From NCBI RefSeq assembly GCF_000143415.4, contig NW_003314371.1:96935-160934 (forward strand): a stretch of DNA of 64,000 bases, given 5' to 3'. This stretch comes from Selaginella moellendorffii. Lineage: Eukaryota; Plantae; Lycopodiophyta. The notes beneath the pieces were generated by a model. It worked only from the letters and a program-made list of their open reading frames with translations. It did no database searches and was not told the origin of the DNA. This document shows, piece by piece, positions 40,095-51,709 of this stretch. Position numbers and translations under genes: made by a program. The stretch's first letter is position 1; every line of letters starts with the position of its first letter.

Positions 40095-42027
40095 ACACGC
40101 TTGAACGTCACATCAAATCCTCTGACAAACCAGATCTTATAATTCCTCTGACAAATTTCAAACTGAGTAGCTTCTAGACTTTGCTGTCGGACGTTGAACT
40201 TTGTCACATCATGTCCTTGCCTTAATCCAGCTGTGCCATGTCAGTGATTCAAACTTTGCCATGCCATGTTAGAGATCTGCGCCAAGATTATTCGCCGTGT
40301 AAAGGAATAATTATGCTGTGTGTGTACGTCCATTTATGGCAATATAAGGCCACACGCCATTCAAAGAATAATGCTAGTCGAGCATTTTTTGGTGCATTTT
40401 TGGGTTCAAAATTGCATAAGCCCACACGCTATAAAGTTTACCTATACTAAAAATAGAAATAGCTTTATTTACTTGGGAATTTAAGTGGTTGAGGCATTTT
40501 TAAACTTACAAACACATGCCCTACTTACATTCCTTTAGTTGCTTAAAATTCAAAAATATTATAAACCTTTCTTTTTGCATTTTCAATGTTTTCAATTATG
40601 GTTTTTGATTTTCGCAGGACCAGCCTAGTAATCTATTTGCATCCCGTCATGTTTATAGCTAGCTTTCGTTTGTCCCCTTCGCTAGCCTGAGATACATCTG
40701 CTCGGCATCTGCCTCTTACAGCATTTGCCCAGAAAGGGCATCTTTCTTCACGCAGCATTTGCCACATGTTTAGGGTTTAGGGTTTAGCAATTCAGTAGCT
40801 TGATAAACATGCAAATACAGAACTTGATGCAAAATCCTTTGATATGTCACAATGCCCCTAGGACCATAAACACATTTCAATATAGAAGGTCCTTTCATTT
40901 CATAACTCCTTACGTAGATCTTGGTGAAACTAGAGTTAGTGAAGTTAGTTTCTTGTGATCACGCATCTGATTGTGATGTCCCTTTGTAGTGTCGATGGAA
41001 AGGTCAATGCACACCAAACTGTAAAATCTTGGAGCAAAATAACGGTCGGATCTATGGCAAATGCCCCTGAAACATTGTAAGGCTTGTGTGGTCTCATGTG
41101 GTGTCCGATCGAGATGCTTCTTTGCAGGGTCATCAAAAAAAACATTGTATACCATTCTGTAAAATCTAGTTGCGATCTAACGGTTGGATCTCCAGAAAAC
41201 TCAAAAAAATCTCGCACGTGTCAGAATATTCTAGGAATATACTCCTATGTGCCCCTTAAAATGGCATGCGGCCCCATGCCATTCAAGAGAGAACGCCAGA
41301 TGACGCCGAGCATTTTTTGGTGCATTTTTTGGGATCAAAATTGCATGAGCCCACACGCTTGAACGTCACATCAAATCCTTTGACAAACCAGATCTTATAA
41401 TTCCTCTGACAAATTTCAAACTGAGTAGCTTCTAGACTTTGTTGTCGGACGTTGAACTTTGTCATATTATGTCCTTGCCTCGATCCAGCTGTGCCATGTC
41501 AGTGATTCGAACTTTGCCATGCCATGTCAGCGATCCGCGCCAAGATTATTCGCCGTGTAACTGCTCGGCATCTGCCTCTTACAGCATTTGCCTAGAAAGG
41601 GCATCTTTCTTCACGCAGCAATTGCCACATATTTAGGGAGGGTTTAGGGTTTAGCAATTCAGTAGCTTGATAAACATGCAAATACAGAACTTGATGCAAA
41701 ATCCTTTGATATGTCACAATGCCCCTAGGACCATAAACATATTTCAATAGAAAGGGTCCTTTCATTTCATAACTCCTTATGTAGATCTTGGTGAAACCAG
41801 AGTTAGTGAAGTTGGTTTCTTGTGATCCCGCATCTGATTGTGATGTCCCTTTGCAGTGTCGATGGAAAGGTCAATGCACACCAAACTATAGAATCTTGGA
41901 GCAAAATAACGGTCGGATCTATGGCAAATGCCCCTGAAACATTGTAAGGCTCGTGTGGTCTCATGTGGTGTCCGATCGAGATGCTTCTTTGCAGGGTCAT
42001 CAAGAAGGACATTGTATACCATTCTTT
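40095..42027. repeat. Internal segmental duplications in the intergenic part of the Sola-like element, each with short TTTAGGG tracts
   Basis: About 40095-40300 repeats at 41351-41558; about 40697-41157 repeats at 41560-42027; TTTAGGGTTTAGGGTTTAG at about 40769 and a variant at about 41632. Confidence 0.85.
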
Positions 42028-42139
42028 ATTTAGCTGAACATCTGGCATTTTTGGAAATACAAGATGCTTTGGAATATCCAATCATGCATGGTATAAATAT
42101 AGCGAGGGTATTAAATGATATCCCAATCATGATCTTTCT

Positions 42140-42700
42140 TTTGGATTTCACGTGCATGCAGTCCGAGGAATGATGACGTTGCGGATTTCTTTTGGATTTC
42201 ACGTGCATGCATGCGCGTGGCGATCCAGAAATTAATGGTGGCGCCCAAGTCCGAGGAATGATGACGTTGCGGGATTACCAATCGTCGTGACATTTCGCGC
42301 GTGTGAGGTTAGGTTTTGCATTTTGTTTCGTACTCGCGCTCGCATCGCGCTCCCACTCGCGATCACGCTCACATTCGCGCTCATCTACCTTCTCTACAGG
42401 TTTCTCGTGTGCATCGGCGTCCACTCGCGCTTGCATCACACTCGCGCTCGCATCGCGCTCCCATCGCGCTCGTGTGCATCGGCGTCCACTTCAAGACACA
42501 CCCAGTTTGTAACTTTGCCGCCAACTCCGCCGCCCACTCCGCCACCCACACGCAGCCCACTTGGCGTCCCGGGAGATTTCAGCGCCACTCTCCAACTGTA
42601 AGTGGCAGAGTAGCCTTGCTGCTACAATCCGCTGCACACACAGTGCACATTCGCCAGCGAGTCCGGCCTCGATTGTCACGCCTCCATTCGGCTTCAAATG
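42140..42700 (+). promoter_or_regulatory. CpG-rich putative promoter/5' region of the cargo gene
   Basis: Duplicated TTGGATTTCACGTGCATGCA and GTCCGAGGAATGATGACGTTGCGG blocks, CTCGCGCTCGCATCGCGCTCCCA repeats, upstream of the 42919 ORF. Confidence 0.4.
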
Positions 42701-42918
42701 ATAAGTCTTTTAGGCCAAGTAGAAAATGGCATGAGGCCACATGCCATTCAGTAGCAACATTGGCATGCACCGATTGGGCTCTCGAGTGCAGTCCGGTTAC
42801 AGATGGCGTGTAGCCTCACGCCATCTTAGGATGCAGCCTCAAGACATCTGATGCAGTGGTGAATGGCGTGTGGCCTCACGTTATTTCCAGCTGCTAGCTT
42901 TTCATCTGTCAACTTTAA

Positions 42919-45900
42919 TTGTTGTGCATTTCTGAACAGGCGAGGAATTGCGTTCTTCTTCCAGCCACTGTCAATGTGGATGCAGAGAAGGGGGAGGAGC
43001 TCACCAGTTGGACTTTCGGGATGGAAGGCGAGGATCTGAGGCTGTACAACATAGATGGTGGGAGAAAAGAATGCATGGGGATCCTCATCCAAGTGACAGA
43101 CACTCCATGCAGTTCCATGCAAGAATATGGACTGGCACTTGTGGTAGAGACAGCGTCCGCCTTTAAAATCCACCTTGCACATCCTAGCGGCTTCCCAGAG
43201 GGGGGCAGCGGCTATAAGGAATTCCTAAAGGGAGCTAGGGAGAGGTTGTCCAGGAGGCCCACAATTTCAAAGACGCTGCGGGTCTATGAAGATCACATGG
43301 AATCCACGGACCTCACCTATGGCGATGTTCAAAAACTATATTCCAACATTGAGCCGTTGAGAGTGACTCCAGTTCGCGAAGCGAAGGGGAAGGGGGTTGA
43401 TCTGGAAACTACCCCAAAGCAGAAAAGGGTGGTCAAGCTCAAGCCGACGTCCGACTCTCCTGCTCCAAAAAAGAAGCCACTCAGTGATGCCATTGCCTCG
43501 GGTTCAAACACTACACCCACCAAAAAGAAGAGCCGCAAAGAGCAGAAAGAGCAAGAAGAGGCAGAAAAAATTGTCACAGATAATAGTACTTGTTACTATT
43601 CCAACAAAGTATATACAATCAACGTGAGCCACATCGACATCCAAAGCAAATACAACCACAGGTTAGTATCTGATGAGTGGGTGGAGAAACTGAAGCAGAA
43701 GATGCTGGCAAGTCCAGTAACACCCGACATCGTAGACGTGATCCCCTACTACCGAACAATGAAGGGCGAGACGAGGTTTCCAGACTTGATTAATAGGAAG
43801 GTGTTGGATGATCAGAACATCCGGTTCTATGCCGTCTCCGGGCAGCATTCTAGCTTGGCGATATGGATATTATGGTGGGCGAGGAGGTGAAGAAAGTCTT
43901 CAAGACAAGAGTTGTCCGCCTGATAAAAGGCAACTCGCCCCTCCGATCTATCATATACATCTCCCACACACAGAATGTCAAGCAAGAAACGTGCTACAAA
44001 TCGGGTCTGCACGAGACATTGGCACAAACACGGAAGCTCTGGGTTCAACTGAAGAAGCCACAAAAACCAGGACAAGGACGTGCACTAGCAACTAGCGCCT
44101 GGCAGGTAAGCCTCGTTGCATGTGGCATAGCATGTGGCCTCACGCCATTTCCATTGTAGGAATTCTCGAGTCTTCTCTCAAAAACACTGGGGGTCAATGA
44201 CACACTCAGCATCCATAACATTCTACTCGCGACAAAAGTTGTTTTTGACAAATGGGTAGATGTGCTGAGGAGGTACCATGACGGGGAGTTGCTAAACTCA
44301 ATGGGTGTGGAGGACGGCTGGAAGCCCAATGATTTGAAGCTCAACGCCTTGCGTTTCTCGCGGTCTCTAGACAACGATGACCTTTTGACAGTGGCTAATG
44401 CTCTTCTACGTGGTGAGGTAGTCTTCAACAAGACCAAAATGACTCTCGGCCATATTGTGACATACGAGGACTTGTGCACGACTCTGAGAGCTCGTGCGCT
44501 ATTGAAGGATTGGATCTTCGAGCAAGTGGCCGTGGAGAGGGTGAGCATCGACACCACGCAAGAGATGATGGAAGAGCTGGAGTTGTCAAATGAAGACATC
44601 GACGAGTACGTGAAGGGGGCCCCCAAGTTCATCGATCTGCTGCGGGATGCCACGAAAAGTAAAGCTGAGAAGTTGGATCAGTATCCAAATTTCATTAAGA
44701 GGGATGTCGACCGCCGGCTTCAGAAACAGCTCGACCCCGCAGCAGAGGCCTATCGAGAACCTTACCGGGTATACGTGAATTTGGATGAGGATCAAAGGTG
44801 GAGGAGCATCGTTTCCCGCGGAGATGAGCAGGTCAAGAACATCTTTTGTGTGATGGACTTCACAAACGAGGAGATCACTCATGCAGACGAAGTCAGCTCC
44901 ATCATTGACTTAATGGTGGGACTTGCGGAGGTGGAATCTTCAGTCCACTATATGATCTACGACTCCGAATCCTATCACAAGTTCTGGAAGGCCTTGAACG
45001 AGGTGAAGGCTTGGTTGAAAGGCAAGGAGATGCAGGAGATCCATGGGATAATGGCTAAGAAGAAGATACCGACGAATGTCCGCATCTTCACACTCGCCCT
45101 TGTTATTGGTCCTGCAGCAGAGTGGGACTAGAGTGACTTCCCAGCTTCGTTCGACAAGGCCAATCGAATTGATCTGAGGAAGGTCAATTTACCCGTGCCT
45201 GAGGAACTGAAGACGGCTATGGAGCTTTCGAATCCAGAGAAAGCTCCAGGTGCAGCATGGGAAATGCTCAGCTGGGTCTTCAACGCAATAGCGGGTGGGT
45301 AGCCTGCTTCCGACTCCAAGGGCAAATGCGTTGTCGAGTACAACTGCGGCGGACTATTCTTTCGAGCCGCACTACTCAAAGGTGTCCCGTGTGTTGCGGT
45401 GACAAACTCCATTGAAGAGGTGACTTCAATAGAGCATATAATTACAGTTGCCAAAGAAAAACAGTATCTTCTCTGCGAACCTGGTGAGTACGCCATTTAA
45501 GTTTAAATGTTATCTCACAAGCTCTGTATGCAGGAGCGTGGCCACCCCCAGATGCTGAAACGGCGTTAACAGCTACTGTTGAAGATACCCATGTTGGGCC
45601 GAGCTCACAACCTGCACAAGGTAAGGTCACGTGAGGCCTCATGCCATTTTGATTATAGATCGTTGTGAATATTCAGACACGAGGACTGAAAAACGCACTG
45701 GTGGCGCGTCGAAGAAGGACAAACAGACAAGCAATAGGAAAAAAGGAGGTACAAATTATATTTGCAATGGCGTGTGGTCTCATGCCATTCCTTGCAGGAG
45801 ACACTTCTTCAAAAGCAAAACAGGCAAGCACCAGCCAAGTACAACGGACGAGAGGTACGAATCATTTTTGTTATACGTGAATTCTCATGCCATTGCTTCT

Positions 45901-48900
45901 TGCAGCTCAAATTCCAAAGAGACTAGGGCAAGCAGCGCAGACCTCACGACAAGAACCTGAAGGTTTGATGGCGTGTGGCCCCACGCAATTAACTAATGTT
46001 CTTGCAGATCGCGTCAAGGAAATCGAACGGAACAACGTGCCTCTAGTGGAGGACGGGGAGGCCAAGGAGAGTTCCGAAATAGGTACGATCATGACATATG
46101 GCCCCATGCACTTATCTAAGTTTGTATTTCAGGGGAACATTTTGAACCAATGGAAAACTTTATGAAAGGTAACTTAAAAATATTATGGGATGTTGCATGT
46201 GTTGATGCAATAATATACAGTTCAAGTGCCAAGGAGACGTCGTGAACCTCAAATTAGGCTACCTGCAAAACAGCTTTCAGACGCTATAGACAAAGAGATG
46301 GACAACCGACCAGGGCAGAGGAGGAAGGGTAAAAGCATTTGTGTGCTTATCGCGTATGTCCTCATGCTATTTCTGTAGAACGGGTGCATAAGAAACGAAA
46401 GCGAAAGGGAATTGAAGAGCAGGCACCTGAGGATGCGGAAGGCACGACAGAGCCTCCAAGGACGGGAAGTAAAGCATCATGGTTATTGCGTGGGTCCTCA
46501 TGCCATTTCTTGCAGATCAAGCTCAAACTGACAGTGGTCATAAAAAGCGAAAGCACGTTGGACAGTCGTCGGGATCAGAGGCGTTGGATTCAAAAAGGAA
46601 GAAGGGCAACGAAAAAATGATAGGTAATGCCTCGCGGTTATGGCGTGTGTGCTCATGCCATTCATTGCAGATCAAGTGCTGAGTGAAAGCAGCCAGTCAC
46701 CACCTCCTGACTCAGATTCCTATGGCGGACTCCCCTTCCCCAATCTCAATGGAGAGGTACAATGGATGAGGGATGCTTTTCAAGTCAGGGCCACGTTTTT
46801 CTCATCTCGTCGTCTTCGAAGAGTGCAAGAACGTGCAGAAACCATGTTAAGACAGTTGGGTGAGGATACGGTCCTAGGTCACGCACTAAAACAGGCTATG
46901 GATGTCTTGTATTTTGAGATGGAGACTCGGCCAGATGATTTTCCCAAGATGGTCCTGGAAGAACAAGCCATCCAGCCTGAGCAGCCTATGGAAGAAATGC
47001 AGGAGGGGGATGAGGAGCCAAAGAAAGATAATGAGCAGGAAGAGCAGAAGGACGAAAAGGAGGACAAAGAAGAGGAGGACGAAGAGGACTTGGATGGTCC
47101 TCATAATGGTGACGATCACAATAACAACGACGACGATGATGATGACGATGGCTAGCCTGAGGTGGCCAAAGAGCAGCGGAGGAAGGTCATACAAGACAAA
47201 CCATCAGGTAAATAATAGTACATCCATTCCTAACCTTTTACCATTTCTAACATTGTCCATGTAGGTCGCAGAGTAAATGGTAAGTAGAGATTATTCAGTT
47301 GAATTAAGATACAAACTCTAGCCTTTAGTGTCGAGGAAGGATAGTGCCAAGCAAGGGTCGAAACGTATGTCCAATCCTTCAGAATCAGCAGTGCGCCCGT
47401 GATATCGGTCCTAGTTCCTCAATAGCAGTTGATGGTAAATATAGTATAGTTGATTCAATGTGCTAATGAGTTTGTTTTTAGTAGCACGGGAGGATACCAT
47501 CTCAATCGAAGGGAGATATTTGGACATGCATATGGATCCGCCAGTGGACTCTACTTGCCTGCAAGAGTCATCAGAGCTGGTGGAGGCTACTATCCATATC
47601 AACGCCAAGCAAGCTGACCACGCTCCACTTGATGCTGCCCATACCACTGAGTCAATCTTGTCCACGTATCCAACTGACGGTGACCAGGCGCCATTGGACC
47701 CGCATGAGGCCGCCCCAGCCGCCGAGCCGGTCGTATCCTCATTTCCAACGGACTCAACGTGTGCCCAATCGTCTGACTACGCGCCGTTTGAACCTCCCTA
47801 CACCGCCCCTGCTGCCTGTTCGGTCATGTCCACTTTGCCAACGGAGGCACCAGCTGAAATGGCGTGTGATCACACGCCATCGGAACCACCCCATGCCACT
47901 ATTGAGCCAGTTGTACCAGAGTCTACAGCTGAAATGGCATGTGCCTACACGCCATCGGATGCGATTGACCCCACATTGCAGAGGAGAGTATTTCCGCCCT
48001 TCACGTTTCCTCGACCAAAACCCTCTCAACGACCATCGGGAGCACCATTCGCTAATATTGTAGATGGTAAAATTGACTTGTACCATTTTTTATGCTGACG
48101 CATTTCATTTCAGAGTCACGGCGAAGGTACTGTATCGTTTTTGATCTGAACGGTGTCCTTTTCTCCTATGAGCGTGGCTCGTCCTCGAATGTCACTGCAC
48201 CCTCCAAAGCCTACGGTCGCAAGTTGGTCAAAAGAGACAGATTCACATTAATCACACGGGAGAAACTGCGGGATCTAATAATGACCATGCAACACTTAAA
48301 ACAGAGGGCTGGGTTCAATTTGCAATTGGGAGTTTGGACATCCATGATGCGCCACAATGCATTAACGTTGCTACAGATGATGCACGATCAGACGCGAGTA
48401 ATATTACCATTTGACTTTCTCCTAACGCAGGAGGATTGCTTGATTATGGTCCATGTGAGGGGTAGCAAGCCCATCTTCGTCAAGCCAGAGGCTGTAGTGA
48501 TGAACCGGACTGCTAGGTCAAGTGAAATCCTCATCATCGATGACTCGCCGATTAAAACTGCAGCGAACACGCACACATATGCAGTGCACCCCATCTCTTG
48601 CAATATGGAAACTAGGGAGAAGAAACCGTATGTTCTGGGGGACCTTGCAAAACGGCTTGGAGCGATGGTGATAGAGAACCGGCCAGTCTAGGAGGTGGCT
48701 GCAAAAATCAACCAAATGGCAGATGGAACGGTATATCAGAAGCCATTTGATCGGACAGACACCAGTCATCATTTATGGCATGTATATTGTCTAGCCAAGC
48801 ACTATCCGCATCTCCATAATCTGCTCAACCGGATGGGTTCTTCGACCACTGAACATGAGTGTGGACATATTAGAGAAGAGATGGCATTACTATTGGGTTT

Positions 48901-48976
48901 AAATCCTGATAGTGTGGAGAGTGATGAAATTCCAAGATTATTGTATAGGCGTTGGAGGCAAAAAATAACAGTCTGA
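42919..48976 (+). pseudogene. Multi-exon accessory gene: ParB-like domain, MTase-like fold, low-complexity linker, FCP1/NIF-type HAD phosphatase
   Basis: HRLVSDEWVEKLKQKM...FYAVSGQHSSLA; EKAP...GKCVVEYNCGGLFFRAALLKGVPCVAV; CIVFDLNGVLF...VWTS...IIDDSPIK. GT-AG introns join the ORFs in frame. Lesions include a frameshift at about 43870 and TAG stops at 45131, about 45300, 47155 and 48691. Confidence 0.7.
48114..48691 (+). CDS. FCP1/NIF-like HAD phosphatase domain exon
   Basis: Motif I variant DLNGVL, motif II VWTS, TQEDC, IFVKP, motif IV IIDDSPIK, AVHP. Confidence 0.75.
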
Positions 48977-49425
48977 GATGGCATGTATTTATTTAAAAAT
49001 GTAACTTATTATGGCATGGGGTTCCATGCCATTGTATTAATATTAGAAGACAATTCTTTGAGAGGATTTGCATTATACTAGAAGTGTTACAGCATGTTAT
49101 TGGAAGTCTACGAAGTTGTTTTATTAATAAGGGGAAAGTAAAGATTGAATGGGGACTTGGGCTCCACCTAGACTCGGAGCAACTGAGCCAATATTAAAAA
49201 GATGGAAAGAAATTGGACGACGATGACAAGGAGAAGAGAGAGGTGAAGCAGTGGCAGGGGGAGGAGAAGTGATTGAGTAGACATTTCCTTGTTTAAAATA
49301 AAATGGCATGTGCCTCAATGCAGTTGAATTTTGTTATATTTATATACTATAATATAAAGGTTTGGAAACTTTATTTTACAAGTGGGATAATGACAATTCC
49401 CACTTTAATGAAATAGAGCTTACTA

Positions 49426-51707
49426 ATGTGTTGGGTGCTAATGGATTGTGGGAAATGCAATGTGTTCCCAATGATGGATTCCTAATTGCTCTGATTTGGC
49501 GAAAGTGAAAGCTCCAAGGGTGGGAGCGGTAAGGTAGCCAAATGATAAAGCCGTGGAAAGCCCTAGCACAAATTATGATAACTGGAACTTAGTGCCAAAG
49601 ATGGCACAAAATCGAAGAGAGGATGATGGTGCCCTCAAGTAGAGAACTTCCTAGGATAGGGAAGTGGAGTTGCACAATATGTGCAATGTAAGGTGTCGAA
49701 GACACCTAGGAAATTGACTTCGAGAAGTCAAAATTAAAAGTTCCAAAGTGCAAGGGTTATATCGATGGAAATTGAAATTACTCGAGAATGAATAGTGGGA
49801 TTGAGTTAGAGAAGGTGTCTCTAACAGGTTTAGTGAGAACTAAACCAATAAAAGGAGAGACCACCACAAGTGGTCGAATGAGCCTCTAAGTTGGAGAGAC
49901 TATGCTCCTTAGAGGATGGGCAAGGCATGGTGAGCCTTCGATATCAAACCATTGACGAATATTGGCGAGGGGCCAAGGATGGAAAGGGTAATACAAGTTG
50001 ATATTACTTTATAAAATAGTTTATCGTTTGATGAGGACATTGAACTTCGTCTATAGGTGGTAGAGTTGTGAGACACAAAATCCCTAGGCCCCAAAGTGGA
50101 GCTGAAAGGGTGCCACGTAGTAGTGGCCGAAGCGAAAGCCAAACGAGTGTAACACATTTGGACTAAAAGCTCCGACTTGAAAAGGTCGAGAGCGGGAATG
50201 GAACTCCCAACGAAGTGCTCAAGGAACAAGCACAAAGTGAGTAATGAGTGAGTCTTTAGAAAAGGGACACAAGAGGACCCGAGATGGACCCAAGATGGAG
50301 TTTGAGATAACCCAAGATGGACCCGAGATGAAGTCCGAGATGGAATTCGAGATGGAGTCCGAGATGGAGTCCGAGATGAACCCAAGATGGACCTGAGATG
50401 GAGCCCGAGATGGAGTCCGAGATGGACTTGAGATGGAGTTCGAGATGGACCCGAGATGGAGTCCGAGATGGACCCGAGATGGACCCAAGATGGAGTCCAA
50501 GATGGAGTCTGAGATGGACCTGAGATGGAGTCCTAGATGGACCCGAGATGGACCCGAGATGGAGTCCAAGATGGAGACTGAGATGGACCTAAGATGGAGT
50601 CCGAGATGGAACCGGAACCAAGACGAGACTGAGTCCGAGTCCGAGACTAGGACCAAGACCGAGTCCGAGTCCGAGTCCAAGTCCGAATACTAATACAGGC
50701 AGTTGGGTGAATGCCCAAAGCGATCGTCCCCAGGGGGGGGGGCTGTAGGGGGTTCCAAAAGTATAGTAGGGAAAGTGTGGGGGTTGGAGCCCAGTGGAGC
50801 CAGTTTGGCCAGGAAAGGCCAGTTTGGCCCAGGAAGGCTGTACCCAGGTGTTGGGTGATGAACTGACCACTGGGAAGTCCAAGACTAGAGTGAATACGGA
50901 CTGACAAATGGGGTAGCTTAGTGAAGTGTTCAAGAGCTGGCTTTAGTTCCCCCGGGAGATTGAATGGCCGATACTCCCAGTCCAAGTGTGGGTGGCACTA
51001 CCTACTTAGATACCTGGCGTGGCTCAACGGAACCTCTCTCTAAGCCCATGGCTAAAGCACCCAAAGGTGGAAGGTGGGGAGAGTACCCATAAGGCTTGCG
51101 TAGGGCCACAGTGTTCCGAAATGTTGTCCCAAAGTCCCAGACTATGGAAAGGAAGAGGAGTAGTCCTCTTGTGTGGTGACCAAGGATGCAATCACATGAT
51201 GAGGAAGTCCTAGAGGATAGTGGGACTTAGTGGTCAGGCATGTGGGCCTTGATCCAGTGGCAGTGTTGGCAAACAAGGCCTTGAACAAAAAGGGACTTGA
51301 TGGGGATCGGAAAAAGGATATTGGGGAAGGCTATTCCCCATGTCTGCGAGCATCTTAATGATGTTAAGGAGTGGATCTGGGATGACCACTCATAGATGGA
51401 TGGCCTAGTCTTTGAGAGACAGGATTGCAATACAGGTAGTGTTGGACCACAAATGTGACCAAGATGAATGGGCATAGTATGGCGTAACGGGCTGATATGT
51501 TAGTGGTACTTTGGAGTGTCAGTCATGGGATCGGACACGTAGAGCACTTGGACCAAGTGCAAAGGTTGAGTGGCATGGATGCCATTTTCGGGGCTAGCAA
51601 GCCCCAAGTCCTGAATAGGACTTATATAGGTTGTGAATGAGACTCCTCCAAGTGGTCGGAGGTGCAGTTAAGTGACTAAAGTATAATAGAAAAATTAGTT
51701 GCTTACA
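49426..51707 (+). mobile_element. 3' end of a family-B copy (host of the Sola-like insertion) with 3' LTR 50067-51707
   Basis: Homologous to 30445-33002; PPT followed by TGTGAG...GCTTACA; its 5' part lies at about 34890-35127. Confidence 0.88.
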
Positions 51708-51709
51708 CT

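Larger units (their letters stand above)
35354..49324. repeat. Dispersed 22-bp palindrome ATGGCRTG-N6-CAYGCCAT, at least 30 copies
   Basis: Examples at 35759, 36519, 36665, 38006, 38063, 39666, 39736, 39833, 41261, 42726, 42803, 44127, 45767, 46640, 47859, 47935, 49011; perfect 20-mer TGGCATGAGGCCTCATGCCA at 39737-39756. Confidence 0.92.
35128..49421. mobile_element. 14.3-kb Sola-like DNA transposon with cargo gene
   Basis: TIR AAGCTCTATTTC(G/A)TTAAAGTGGGA (23/24 match) at 35128-35151 and 49398-49421; 4-bp TSD ACTA at 35124-35127 / 49422-49425. Removing the element restores GAACACTAATGTGTTGG, as seen in the uninterrupted family-B copy at about 30438. Confidence 0.9.

Noticed and set aside
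40769-40787. Telomere or chromosome-fusion scar
   Set aside because: Fewer than three TTTAGGG units, lying inside a duplicated transposon segment; better read as a telo-box-like motif.
40910-42081. Duplicated 81-92 aa minus-strand ORFs as a third cargo gene
   Set aside because: No recognisable motif; their similarity is explained by the recent DNA duplication.
35354-49324. Palindrome series as a CRISPR array
   Set aside because: Spacing is irregular, the repeats are degenerate, there are no cas genes, and the context is eukaryotic and intronic.
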